Both the position numbers and the translations under genes were made by a program. Source: an uncultured delta proteobacterium (GTDB taxonomy: Bacteria; Desulfobacterota; Binatia; Binatales; Binataceae). Taken from it: a stretch of 64,000 nt of DNA. Of the stretch, positions 10,750 through 19,833 are shown one piece after another (the first letter of the stretch is position 1; every line of letters begins with the position of its first letter). The stretch lies in the NCBI GenBank assembly GCA_963756005.1, contig CAVWMC010000008.1:541125-605124 (forward strand), written 5' to 3'. The notes below the pieces were generated by a model. It worked only from the letters and a program-made list of their open reading frames with translations. It had not been told where the DNA came from and searched no databases.

Positions 10750-10825
10750 TGGTGGGCAGGGAGTGAATCGAACACTCGACACAAGGATTTTCAGTCCTTT
10801 GCTCTACCGACTGAGCTACCTGCCC
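10750..10825 (-). tRNA. tRNA-Phe (GAA)
   Basis: Reverse complement GGGCAGGTAGCTCAGTCGGTAGAGCAAAGGACTGAAAATCCTTGTGTCGAGTGTTCGATTCACTCCCTGCCCACCA: 7-bp acceptor, anticodon loop CTGAAAA, T-loop TTCGATT, encoded CCA. Near-identical to E. coli tRNA-Phe. Confidence 0.92.
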
Positions 10826-10897
10826 ACCGTGATTGGTCGCGTGCGCGGTGAGGCGAACCTTCATTCGTACCGATGATTCACGCGCCTTGCAACGGCC

Positions 10898-11882
10898 TCA
10901 TCGCTTGAGCGCCGCCACGCGCGACTCGACGAAGTCGATCACCTTGCCTTCCAGGTTCACGCCGTCCAGCCGATCGATCTCCTGCACGCCGGTCGGACTC
11001 GTCACGTTGACCTCGGTCAGGTAGTCACCGATGATGTCGAGGCCCACGAAGTACAGGCCGTCGCGCTCGAGCCGCGGCTTCAGCATCTTGCAGATTTCGC
11101 GATCGCGCGCGGTGACCGGCGCCTTCACGCAATTGCCGCCGACGTGGATATTGCCGCGATTCTCGTCGTCGCGCGGCACCCGTAGCATGCATCCGAGCGG
11201 CTCGCCGTTGAGCACGATCAGCCGTTTGTCGCCCTTGCGCGCCTCGGGCAGATAGCGCTGCGCCATGATTAGCCGCGACTCGTACTGCGTCACCGCCTCG
11301 AGAATCGCGCCGAGGTTGCGATCTTTGGCGGTAGCGAGGAACACGCCTTCGCCGCCGTGTCCATCGAGCGGCTTCACGATCATCTCGCCGCCCTGTTCCT
11401 CAAGAAAGGTTTTGAGACGCGGAATTTCGTAGGTCACGAGCGTCGGCGGAATCGCGTCGGGGAAATTCAGCGAGTAGAGCTTTTCGTTGGCCTCGCGCAG
11501 GCCGGCCGGATGGTTGAGCACGAAGGTTTTCCGTTCGTCGGCCAGGCTCAGCAGCATCGTCGCGTAGAGATAGGCGGCGTCGGCGGGCGGATCCTTGCGC
11601 ATGAAGATGGCGTCGAAATGTTCGAGCGGAAACTCGACGCCGTCGTCGAGAAATTTGTAATGAGGATTTCCGCGCCGCGTCAGTTCGCATTGCCGCACCC
11701 GCGCGATCACCTGTTGGCCGCGCGCGTAGAGGTCGCGCAGGCCGAGGAAAATAAATTTCGTGGCCGCGAAATTGCGCTTCGAGCATGAACACGAAGGTCG
11801 TGTCTTTATCGACCAGCACCCGCTCGAGCGGATCCATGATGAACGCGAACTTGCGCGCCACCGCCTTACTTTGTTTCGGCAT
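10898..11882 (-). CDS. gshB: glutathione synthetase (ATP-grasp), interrupted by a +1 frameshift near 11753
   Basis: N-terminus MPKQSKAVARKFAFIMDPLERVLVDKDTTFVFMLEAQFRGHEIYF is in the frame of ORF 11400..11903. The rest (LGLRDLYARGQQVIARV...IVKPLDGHGGEGVF...GLDIIGDYLTEVNVTSPTG) is in the frame of ORF 10898..12301. The junction lies in a T-run (tattttcctcggc), where one extra T would explain the shift. Confidence 0.8.
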
Positions 11883-12621
11883 CCTGGCCTGTTCCTTGCG
11901 CATCGTGAAGTAACCCCTGTGCTATCGCGACCGCTGCCAGAGCCGCCGTCTCGCTCCGCAGGCGATTCGGCCCAAGTCCGGCCGCGACGAACCCCGCATC
12001 CGCGACTTGCGCACGCTCGCGCTCGTCGAAATCGCCCTCCGGTCCAACCGCTATCAATATCCCACGCGGATGCGCGCGTCGAATCACCTCGCTGAGCGGC
12101 TCGCTTCCTTGCGCACAGACGACGGCGAGCATCCCGGGCTGTATGCCGCGAATCATGTCGTCGATGCTGACCGGCGACCGCACTTCCATCGCGGCCGGCG
12201 ACTGGCTCTGCTTCGCGGCGGAAAGCGCGAGCCGCCGCCATCGCGCGACGCGCTCGGTCCCCGGCGCATGCACCAATCCGCGCGCGCAGACCAAAGGCCA
12301 CAGCTCCGACGCGCCCAGCTCGGCCGCCTTCTCGACGAGAAAGTCCATGCGCGGGCCCTTGACGATCGCGGCGGCGAGGATGATTCGCGGCCGCGATGCT
12401 GACGACGATGACGACTCAACTCGCACCACTGCGCGGTCGCGCTCGTAGCGCGCAATCACGCCGCGATGCTCGCCGCCCGCCGGATCAAGCAACGACACGC
12501 GCGCATCGATCGTCAGCCTCAGCACCGTTCGCATGTGGTGCAACTCTGCGCCCTCGACATACGCGAGGCCGGACGCGTCCGGCAGCGTCGCGATTGGAAA
12601 ACGCGGCGGCGTCGCGGGCAT
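11866..12621 (-). CDS. rsmE: 16S rRNA (uracil1498-N3)-methyltransferase
   Basis: 251 aa from MPATPPRFPIATLPDASGLAYVEGAELHHMRTVLRL; C-terminal ILIAVGPEGDFDERE matches the RsmE GPEGG motif. Start overlaps the prmA stop (TGATG) and the end overlaps the gshB start. Confidence 0.75.
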   Translation of the reverse strand: MPATPPRFPIATLPDASGLAYVEGAELHHMRTVLRLTIDARVSLLDPAGGEHRGVIARYERDRAVVRVESSSSSASRPRIILAAAIVKGPRMDFLVEKAAELGASELWPLVCARGLVHAPGTERVARWRRLALSAAKQSQSPAAMEVRSPVSIDDMIRGIQPGMLAVVCAQGSEPLSEVIRRAHPRGILIAVGPEGDFDERERAQVADAGFVAAGLGPNRLRSETAALAAVAIAQGLLHDAQGTGQDAETK

Positions 12622-13529
12622 CAGCGTGGCGCTCGCGCCATCACGATCGTGGTCCATCCGCGATGGGTCTTGCGGCTGAGGCATCGCAGCCGCGAGCGGT
12701 AGTGGCCGAGCACGTCGCCGGCCTCGTCGGCGAGAAAGCCGCCGAGGATCAACCGGCCGCCCGGCGCGACGAGCCGCTTCAGATGCGGCGCGAGTTCGAT
12801 CAGCGTGCCGCTCAGAATATTCGCGGCGATCAGATCGAAGTGGCGATGAAGCGAACCGAGCGGCACCGGCGAGAATCGGATCGATTTTTCGACACCGTTG
12901 AGGCGCGCGTTGGCGCGCGCGTTCTCCAGCGCCGTCGGATCGATGTCGATGGCGATTATCTCCGCGGTGCGCTTGCCGAGCAGCGCCGCCGCGATCGCGA
13001 GGACGCCGGAGCCGGTGCCGGCGTCGAGGATCGACTTGGGCGCATGCGCCATGACGATGGACTCGAGCGCACGCAATGCGCCCGCGGTCGTCGGATGGTG
13101 TCCCGTACCGAACGCTTGCGCCGGCTGGATCACGATAGTCGTGCGGCCGGGTTCGCCCGCGCGCTTCCATGGCGGCACGATCAGAATTCGCCGGCCGACT
13201 CGAAACGGCCCAAAGCGCTTCATCCACAGCGTGGACCACCCCGGATCGACGATTCTGCGCGCGCCGCCGTCGACGGCGCCATCCGCGAGCATCCCGGCCT
13301 GCTGCAACGTTGCTTTGAGGCGTGCGAGGTCGACGCTGGAGATAGCGTCGAAGTACGCTTCGAGCGCAACGGTCTTTTGATCGCGCGCGCGCGGCAGCTT
13401 CATCCCGGCAACGGCGCATCCGATGGCGCCGCCCGCGACGAGTATTCCCGCCGCTTCATCCGCGAGGTGTGCGTGCGTGCGGAAAATCGCCCGCGTGTAA
13501 CTTCGCCGGGATGCGGCTGCGCGTTGCAT
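12621..13529 (-). CDS. prmA: ribosomal protein L11 methyltransferase
   Basis: FGTGHHPTTAGALRALE, DAGTGSGVLAIAAALLG and IDIDPTALENARANARLNGV are PrmA SAM-methyltransferase motifs. Confidence 0.85.
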   Translation of the reverse strand: MQRAAASRRSYTRAIFRTHAHLADEAAGILVAGGAIGCAVAGMKLPRARDQKTVALEAYFDAISSVDLARLKATLQQAGMLADGAVDGGARRIVDPGWSTLWMKRFGPFRVGRRILIVPPWKRAGEPGRTTIVIQPAQAFGTGHHPTTAGALRALESIVMAHAPKSILDAGTGSGVLAIAAALLGKRTAEIIAIDIDPTALENARANARLNGVEKSIRFSPVPLGSLHRHFDLIAANILSGTLIELAPHLKRLVAPGGRLILGGFLADEAGDVLGHYRSRLRCLSRKTHRGWTTIVMARAPR

Positions 13530-13549
13530 GGTGGCCAGCCTGGAATCGC

Positions 13550-14593
13550 TCAGTTCATCAGATCGCGCGCGGCCGCGACGTGGTCGCGATAAGCGTCGAA
13601 GATGTGCCGCAGCGCGTCGGGCATCGAGACCGTCGGCGCCCAGTTCAAGTCGGCCTTGGTGTTCTCGATCTTCGGCACGCGGTTCTGCACGTCCTGGTAG
13701 CCGCTGCCGTAGTAGTCATCCGAAGTGGCGGTTATCAGCTTCACCTTTGCGGCGTTGTCGCGGTATTCGTCGTATTCGGCGGCGAGCGCCAGCATCATCT
13801 CGGCCAGCTCGCGAATCGAGAAATTGTTGACCGGGTTACCGATATTGTAGATCTGCCGCGTCGCGCGACCGTCGGGATTCTCGATGATCCGCATCAGTGC
13901 GGCAATGCCGTCGTCCACGTACGTGAAGGCGCGCTTCTGCTGGCCGCCATCGACCAGCTTGATCGGCTCGCCGCGCACGATATGCCCGAGGAACTGCGTG
14001 ATGACGCGGCTCGAACCTTCCTTCGCGGTGTAGATACTGTCGAGCCCGGCGCCGATCCAGTTGAACGGGCGGAACAGCGTATAGTCGAGGCCCTCGCTCA
14101 TGCCGTAGGCGTGGATGACGCGATCCATCAACTGCTTCGAGCATGCGTAGATCCATCGCGGCTTGTTGATCGGGCCGTACACCAGCTCCGACGCCTCGGG
14201 ATCGAACTCGGCGTCGCGGCACATGCCATACACTTCGCTGGTCGAGGGAAACAGGATGCGCTTCTTGTGCTTCACGCATTGGCGCACGATCGGCAGGTTG
14301 GCCTCGAAATCCAGCTCGAAGACGCGCAGCGGGTCCTTCACGTACGTCGCCGGCGTCGCGATCGCCACCAGCGGAATGATCACGTCGCACTTGCGCACGT
14401 GGTACTCGATCCATTCCTTGTTGATCGTGATGTCGCCTTCGAAGAAGTGGAACCGCGGATTCTCCAGCCATTCGCTGACGCGGTCGGTGCTCATGTCCAT
14501 CCCATAGACCTGCCAATCGGTCGTTTCGATAATGCGTTTGGTCAGGTGATGGCCGATGAAGCCGTTGACGCCGAGGATGAGGATCTTTTTCAT
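13550..14593 (-). CDS. NAD-dependent UDP-glucuronic acid decarboxylase, ArnA C-terminal-domain homologue
   Basis: MKKILILGVNGFIGHHLTKRII...HFFEGDITINKEWIEYHVRKCDVIIPLVAIATPATYVKDPLRVFELDFEANL...KPRWIYACSKQLMDRVI...YQDVQNRVPKI is near-colinear with the E. coli ArnA decarboxylase domain. Confidence 0.8.
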   Translation of the reverse strand: MKKILILGVNGFIGHHLTKRIIETTDWQVYGMDMSTDRVSEWLENPRFHFFEGDITINKEWIEYHVRKCDVIIPLVAIATPATYVKDPLRVFELDFEANLPIVRQCVKHKKRILFPSTSEVYGMCRDAEFDPEASELVYGPINKPRWIYACSKQLMDRVIHAYGMSEGLDYTLFRPFNWIGAGLDSIYTAKEGSSRVITQFLGHIVRGEPIKLVDGGQQKRAFTYVDDGIAALMRIIENPDGRATRQIYNIGNPVNNFSIRELAEMMLALAAEYDEYRDNAAKVKLITATSDDYYGSGYQDVQNRVPKIENTKADLNWAPTVSMPDALRHIFDAYRDHVAAARDLMN

Positions 14594-14863
14594 AAAGAGT
14601 AACTGCTCATTTTTGAGTGTCCCGGCCGGTTGCGACTCAACACCGCGCCCGCCGCACAGTTTTCCAAGCTGGAGTTTGGCATCCGCGCGGATTTCTTACG
14701 AGCCCCGCTTACGCGGAGCAAAACCGGACCTTGAAGGCTGTGGCGGAAGGCCGGCGGGCTCTAGCGGGAATGGGATCGGACAGTCAAAGTGGAGGCTCCG
14801 GTTCACATTGAGTTGACGGACGCAATTGCCGTTGGCGGACGGCATATCGGGGGAAAGGTATTG

Positions 14864-16864
14864 ATGAAGTTATCCACGGGGGGAGTGCGGCTCGGCGTGA
14901 TCGCGATCTTTTGTGCGGCGGCGTTGCCGATGGCTGGCCTTTATCGTTTTTCAGGCCGCGCCTATAGCGCGGACCTCAATCCGGCGTTGTTTGTTACGGA
15001 TCGTTGTTCCTACGCGGTGACGGCTTACTCCGCTGCGAGCAACGGCGATGTCTCCCCGCTAGCTCCCGCGCCCACCGGTCTTTCCATACCGGAATTTGTG
15101 GCCGTCGACGCGAGTGGGAACATTTATGCTACCAACAGCTGTGACGGCACCGTTACCATTTACGCGGCGCGGAGCAACGGCGATGCCGCTCCCATCGCCG
15201 TCATCGGCGGGAGTAACACCGGCATGAGCTACCCCCAAGGCATCGCGCTCGATTCCGGCGGCAACATCTATGTTGCTGATGAGAACGGCCGCAGCGTGTT
15301 GGTCTATCCGCGGTTGGGAAACAGCACCGGGGCGCTTAACGAGGTCCCAATCGCCGCGATTAGCGGAAGCAGCACCGGGCTGACCGATCCAGAGGGCATC
15401 GCAGTCGATTCCGAAGGCAACATTTACGTCGCCGACGGCGGCAACTCCAGCGCCGCTCCACCCGTTCCGGCCAGCGTCTTTGTTTATGCGGCGGGGAGCA
15501 GCGGTAACGTCGCCCCCATGGCCACTATCAGCGGGAGCAATAGTGGCTTGAGTGCGCCATACGGCATCGTGCTCGATTCCAGCGGCAACTTTTATACATG
15601 CGATATCGGCCTCGATACTGGCATCGCGAGGGTGCTTGTCTATCCGCCGCTGGGGAGCAGCACCGGACTGCTCAACGAGTCCCCCACCGCCACCATCAGC
15701 GGAACCAACACCCTCCTGGGCTTCCCGTGGGGCATCGCGCTGGATTCCAGTCGCAACATTTATGTGGCCAGCTTCTCGGGCGGAGTGACGGTCTATTCGC
15801 CGGTGGGAAACAGCACCGGCATACTCAACGAGGTCCCGATCGCCGATATCACGGGGAGCAACACCGGCCAGGATGGTCCGAACGGAATTGCGTTAGATTC
15901 CAGCGGCAACATCTATGTGGCGGACGGGGACGCTGACAGCGTGTTGGTCTATCCTGCGGGGAGCAACGGTAACGTCCCCCCCATCGCCACCATCAACGCG
16001 AGCGTGCTCACCGGCGTGAGCGTCACAAGCGGCATCGCACTGGATTCCGCCGGCAACATCTATCTGTCGGAGCGCGGCAACCCCTACTACCCGTATGGAC
16101 CGCCGCCAAGCGTGCTCGTCTATCCGGCGGGGAGTAATGGCAACGCCGCCCCCATCGCCACCATCAGCGGGCGAAAGACCGGCCTCAAAAACCCGGTCGG
16201 GATTGCGGTAGATTCGCTCGGCAAGATCTATGTGGCGGACGCCCGGAAAGTGTTGGTCTATCCGGCGGGAAGCAACGGCGATGCCGCTCCCTTTGCGGTA
16301 ATCGGCCTGAGCAAAACCGGCAAGCAAGGCGCAGACGGGATCGCGGTGGACTCCAGCGGCAATATCTATGTGGCGGAGCCGGGCAACGCTTTGACTGGCG
16401 GCCCCATCCTTCCAAAAGTGTATGTCTATGCGGCGCTGACAAGCCGTCGCAGGCGGCCTAACGAGCATCCTATCGCCACCATCACCGGGAGCAACTCAGG
16501 CCTGATCTCCATCAACGGCATCGCGGTGGATTCCAGCGCCAACATCTATGTGGCGCAGTGGTACCCCGTCGCCAGCGTGTTCGTCTATCCGGCGGTGGGC
16601 AGCAGCACCGGGCGCCTCGACGAATCCCCCATCGCCACCATCAGCGGGACGGACACCGATTTGGGTTTCCCACTGGCCATCGCGCTGGATTCCTCCGGCA
16701 ACATCTACGTGGTCGATATCGACGGCTTCGGGAACGGCACCGCGGCCGTGTTTGTCTATCCGGCGGGGAGCAACGGCAACGTCGCGCCGGTCAGAATCAT
16801 AAACGGTCCGCAGACAGAACTGGGGTTTCCTCTGTTCCTCGCCATCCAGCCGGTCGGCAAATAG
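14864..16864 (+). CDS. secreted NHL-repeat beta-propeller protein (~14 tandem ~47-aa repeats)
   Basis: N-terminal hydrophobic anchor or signal (MKLSTGGVRLGVIAIFCAAALPMAGL), then repeats of the form VLVYPAGSNGNxAPIATISGSNTGLxxPxGIALDSSGNIYVAD, which is the NHL-repeat consensus. Confidence 0.7.
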   Translation: MKLSTGGVRLGVIAIFCAAALPMAGLYRFSGRAYSADLNPALFVTDRCSYAVTAYSAASNGDVSPLAPAPTGLSIPEFVAVDASGNIYATNSCDGTVTIYAARSNGDAAPIAVIGGSNTGMSYPQGIALDSGGNIYVADENGRSVLVYPRLGNSTGALNEVPIAAISGSSTGLTDPEGIAVDSEGNIYVADGGNSSAAPPVPASVFVYAAGSSGNVAPMATISGSNSGLSAPYGIVLDSSGNFYTCDIGLDTGIARVLVYPPLGSSTGLLNESPTATISGTNTLLGFPWGIALDSSRNIYVASFSGGVTVYSPVGNSTGILNEVPIADITGSNTGQDGPNGIALDSSGNIYVADGDADSVLVYPAGSNGNVPPIATINASVLTGVSVTSGIALDSAGNIYLSERGNPYYPYGPPPSVLVYPAGSNGNAAPIATISGRKTGLKNPVGIAVDSLGKIYVADARKVLVYPAGSNGDAAPFAVIGLSKTGKQGADGIAVDSSGNIYVAEPGNALTGGPILPKVYVYAALTSRRRRPNEHPIATITGSNSGLISINGIAVDSSANIYVAQWYPVASVFVYPAVGSSTGRLDESPIATISGTDTDLGFPLAIALDSSGNIYVVDIDGFGNGTAAVFVYPAGSNGNVAPVRIINGPQTELGFPLFLAIQPVGK

Positions 16865-16974
16865 ACGCTCGATTGTTGACAGTCACGCCGGACGAGTTTG
16901 CGCCTGCGCTCGATCAGCGCGTAAACTCGGATCATTATCAGACTTCGATTTTTTCAACGTGGTGGAGGCGGGCT

Positions 16975-17715
16975 GTGCTCAACATAGCCCATCGCGGGGC
17001 CAGCGGTACTTTTCCCGAGAACACCGTGAGCGCGTTTGGCGCCGCGATCGACGCCGGTGCGGATATGTGCGAGCTCGACGTTCAGCTCACTCGCGACGGC
17101 GCCGTCGTCGTCATTCATGACGATACTGTCGATCGCACTACAGACGGCAAGGGCGAAGTCGCGGCGCTGACGCTCGAGGAGATCAAGCGGCTCGACGCCG
17201 GCGCGAAATTCAAGGCGAGGAACCTAACCCCTAACCCCTTCCCGCGCGGGAAGGGGGACCGGTCTTCCGAGCGGATTCCTACGCTTGATGAAGTGTTCGC
17301 TGTCACCAGCGGCAAGTGCGGGCTGAATATCGAGCTCAAGGCGGGCGGGCTCGAGCATCAGGTCGCGCAGATCATGCAGGCGCGCGACGCGTTCAACGAC
17401 AGTATCGTGTCGAGCTTCGATTGGGAGTACCTGCAAAAGATTCAGCAGCTCCATTTCAATATTCGCATCGCGTTGCTCGCCGAAGAGAAGCCGGTTGACC
17501 TGATGATGAACGCGGTGGCGATGCGCGCGCATGCGATAAACCCGCGCTGGGACATGGTCACGCCCGACCTGTGCAAGGCGGCGCACGAGCGCGGCCTCAA
17601 AGTGTACACCTGGACCGTCGATGCGGACGCGCGGATGCGCGCGCTGGCCGAATGCGGCGTTGACGGTATCATGACGAATTACCCGGAGCGGTTGCGGACG
17701 GTGGTGGGCGGCTGA
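16975..17715 (+). CDS. glycerophosphodiester phosphodiesterase (GDPD/UgpQ family)
   Basis: (GTG)LNIAHRGASGTFPENTVSAFGAAIDAGADMCELDVQLTRDGAVVVIHDDTVDRTT...ELKAGG is the canonical GDPD HR(G) active-site region. Stop overlaps the dnaG start. Contains an in-frame palindromic repeat insertion (next feature). Confidence 0.8.
   Translation: MLNIAHRGASGTFPENTVSAFGAAIDAGADMCELDVQLTRDGAVVVIHDDTVDRTTDGKGEVAALTLEEIKRLDAGAKFKARNLTPNPFPRGKGDRSSERIPTLDEVFAVTSGKCGLNIELKAGGLEHQVAQIMQARDAFNDSIVSSFDWEYLQKIQQLHFNIRIALLAEEKPVDLMMNAVAMRAHAINPRWDMVTPDLCKAAHERGLKVYTWTVDADARMRALAECGVDGIMTNYPERLRTVVGG
17221..17258. repeat. palindromic repeat (type B: aacctaacccc-ttcccgcgcgggaa-ggggg) inserted in-frame inside the GDPD coding sequence
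   Basis: aacctaacccctaaccccttcccgcgcgggaagggggacc encodes NLTPNPFPRGKGD, which is absent from UgpQ homologues at this position (E. coli ...SWFSRAFRGEPIPTLEQV). A near-identical element is intergenic at 51852-51882. Confidence 0.7.
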
Positions 17716-19553
17716 TGGCGCAGTTCGGCGACAGTAAAGTTGAAGAGGTCCGCGCTCGCGCCGATATCATCGAAATAATCGGTTCGCACGTGCGCCTGCG
17801 TCGTGCGGGGCGCAACTTCGTCGGCTTGTGCCCGTTCCATAACGAGAAGACGCCGTCGTTCTCGGTCAACGCCGAGCGTGGATTCTTCCATTGCTTTGGA
17901 TGCGGTGTCGGCGGCAGCGCATTCGATTTCATCATGCGCGTCGAAGGCCTTACCTTCGGCGAAGCGCTGCGCTCGCTCGCGAAAAAATATGGCGTCACGC
18001 TGCCCGAGCACGACGTATCGGGACCTGCGGCCGGCGAGCGCGAAGCGATGCTCAAGGCGAGCGAGGTCGCGGCGGAGTTCTTCGCGCACGTGCTGTGGAA
18101 CACGACCGACGGCGCGATGGCGCGCGACTACCTGAAGTCGCGCGGTATCAGCGTCGAGACGGCGCGCGCGTTCATGCTTGGATACGCGCCGAGCCGGCCG
18201 GCGTCGCTGGCCAAGGCGCTCGAAAAACGCGGGCTGCGCGAGGCCGGCGTCAAAGTCGGGCTGGTCAAGAAAGACGGCAACGACGCCCACGACATGTTTC
18301 GCGCACGCGTGATGTTCCCGATTCGCGACGCGCAGGGCCGCCCGATCGCATTCGGCGGACGCGTCCTCGACGCGCGCCTGCCCAAGTACATCAACTCGCC
18401 CGAATCGCCGCTGTACTCGAAGACGCGCACGCTCTACGGGCTGTTCGAAGCACGGCAGGCAATTTCATCGAGCGCATCATCAGGCAAGGACCGTGCGATT
18501 CTGGTCGAGGGATACTTCGACGTGATCGCGCTGTCGCAGGCCGGGTTCAAGGAAGCGGTCGCGGGATGCGGCACGGCGCTGACGGTCGAGCAGCTGCGCG
18601 TGCTGAGCCGATACACCAAAAATGTAATCGCATGCTTCGACGGCGACGCGGCAGGGCGTAAAGCGTCGATGCGCGCGCTGGAGATATTCCTGCTGGCCGG
18701 ATTGCTGGGTCGCGGGATTTTCATTCCGACTGGCTTCGATCCCGACACGTTCATTCGCGAGCGCGGCGCAGCCGCGTTCGCGGAGCTGATCGAGAAATCC
18801 GAGCTGCTGGTCGATTATTTTTTGAGCGAGCAGGCCGTTGAGGCGCGCGGCTCGATCGCCGAGCGGGCGCGCGTGGCGCAGCGGGTGGCGGAAGTGCTGA
18901 AACTGGTCGGAGACCCGTTTCAGTTTGACTTGCTGGCGCGCAAAGCGGCCGACCTGCTGTCGATAGGCGAGGAAGTGCTGCGCAAAGAGGCGCGCGGAGC
19001 GGGACGCTCCGCGGCGCCGTCGCGGTTCGCGCGCGATACGCGCGCGAACGCGAATCCTATGCCCGCCGCGTCAGCGGCGGGCGCCGGCGACGCCGGCGAC
19101 AAGGCCGAACTCGGCCTGGTCGCGCTGGCGCTGCTGCATCCGGAGCTGCGCGATGAAATCTCGCAGTCCGGCGCCGCCGCGAATTTCATCGAAATTCGCC
19201 GCGGCAGCGTCCTCGCCGATTTGTGCAACACCGACGAGCCGTACACCGCGCTGGAACAATGGATCGCCGACCGGCTGTCGCCCGACGAGCAGGGCCGCGT
19301 CAGTGAGTTCGCCGTCGGCCCGCTCAACGATGAAGTCGAAGATGAAACCGCGAAAGTGTCGAGCGACCTCGACAAGTGCCGCGCGCTCGCCAACGACTTC
19401 GTCATTGCGCTCGAGCGCCGCCGCCGCACGCGCGAGCTCGGCCGGCTGCGCCAGAGCGCAGCCGCGGAGTCCGCGCATGAATCCGAACCCGGCGAGGCGG
19501 CCGCCGCCGCGCAAGCCGTGATTGCGCTGCGGCGCGGGAGCCGCGGCGCGTGA
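17715..19553 (+). CDS. dnaG: DNA primase
   Basis: Zinc-ribbon motif CPFHNEKTPSFSVNAERGFFHCFGCGVGGSAFDFIM, a TOPRIM domain (VEGYFDVIAL, CFDGDAAG) and a C-terminal helicase-interaction region. Confidence 0.95.
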   Translation: MAQFGDSKVEEVRARADIIEIIGSHVRLRRAGRNFVGLCPFHNEKTPSFSVNAERGFFHCFGCGVGGSAFDFIMRVEGLTFGEALRSLAKKYGVTLPEHDVSGPAAGEREAMLKASEVAAEFFAHVLWNTTDGAMARDYLKSRGISVETARAFMLGYAPSRPASLAKALEKRGLREAGVKVGLVKKDGNDAHDMFRARVMFPIRDAQGRPIAFGGRVLDARLPKYINSPESPLYSKTRTLYGLFEARQAISSSASSGKDRAILVEGYFDVIALSQAGFKEAVAGCGTALTVEQLRVLSRYTKNVIACFDGDAAGRKASMRALEIFLLAGLLGRGIFIPTGFDPDTFIRERGAAAFAELIEKSELLVDYFLSEQAVEARGSIAERARVAQRVAEVLKLVGDPFQFDLLARKAADLLSIGEEVLRKEARGAGRSAAPSRFARDTRANANPMPAASAAGAGDAGDKAELGLVALALLHPELRDEISQSGAAANFIEIRRGSVLADLCNTDEPYTALEQWIADRLSPDEQGRVSEFAVGPLNDEVEDETAKVSSDLDKCRALANDFVIALERRRRTRELGRLRQSAAAESAHESEPGEAAAAAQAVIALRRGSRGA

Positions 19554-19652
19554 GCGCTCAGATGTACATAAGTTGAACGAATGTTTAATCGATCAGCCCT
19601 TAAGTCTACCGCCGGAACTTGCTACCATCAGAGGCACTTGATGCATCCTCGA

Positions 19653-19728
19653 GGGCCCATAGCTCAGCCAGGTTCAGAGCTGCCGGCTCATAACCGGCTG
19701 GTCCCAGGTTCAAATCCTGGTGGGCCCA
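19653..19728 (+). tRNA. tRNA-Met (CAT), elongator type (tRNA-Ile2/k2C not excluded)
   Basis: GGGCCCATAGCTCAGCCAGGTTCAGAGCTGCCGGCTCATAACCGGCTGGTCCCAGGTTCAAATCCTGGTGGGCCCA: paired 1:72, anticodon loop CTCATAA, T-loop TTCAAAT. No initiator features (no 3 G:C in anticodon stem, 1:72 paired). No encoded CCA. Confidence 0.8.
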
Positions 19729-19833
19729 TCTCATTCGTGTCCGCGCTGCGCAACGCCGGACAGGTTTGCATTTCCGGTAACAACACTGAAAAGAAACCTT
19801 GCGCCACGCGCATAACTTTAGTGGAGAGACGAA

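Noticed and set aside
10640-10864. Upstream extension of the toxin ORF (MKVRLTAHATNHGGQVAQSVEQRTENPCVECSIHSL...)
   Set aside because: It is the reverse-complement reading of tRNA-Phe and its flank. The toxin proper starts at the internal Met, as judged by homology.
17115-17339. Small ORFs translating PFPRGKG or PNPFPRGKGDWKK at 17115-17339 and 51692-52222
   Set aside because: These are artefacts of reading across the palindromic repeat (ccccttcccgcgcgggaaggggg) in several frames.
19653-19728. Initiator tRNA-fMet
   Set aside because: Positions 1 and 72 are paired, and the anticodon stem lacks the three consecutive G:C pairs. It is an elongator Met or tRNA-Ile2.
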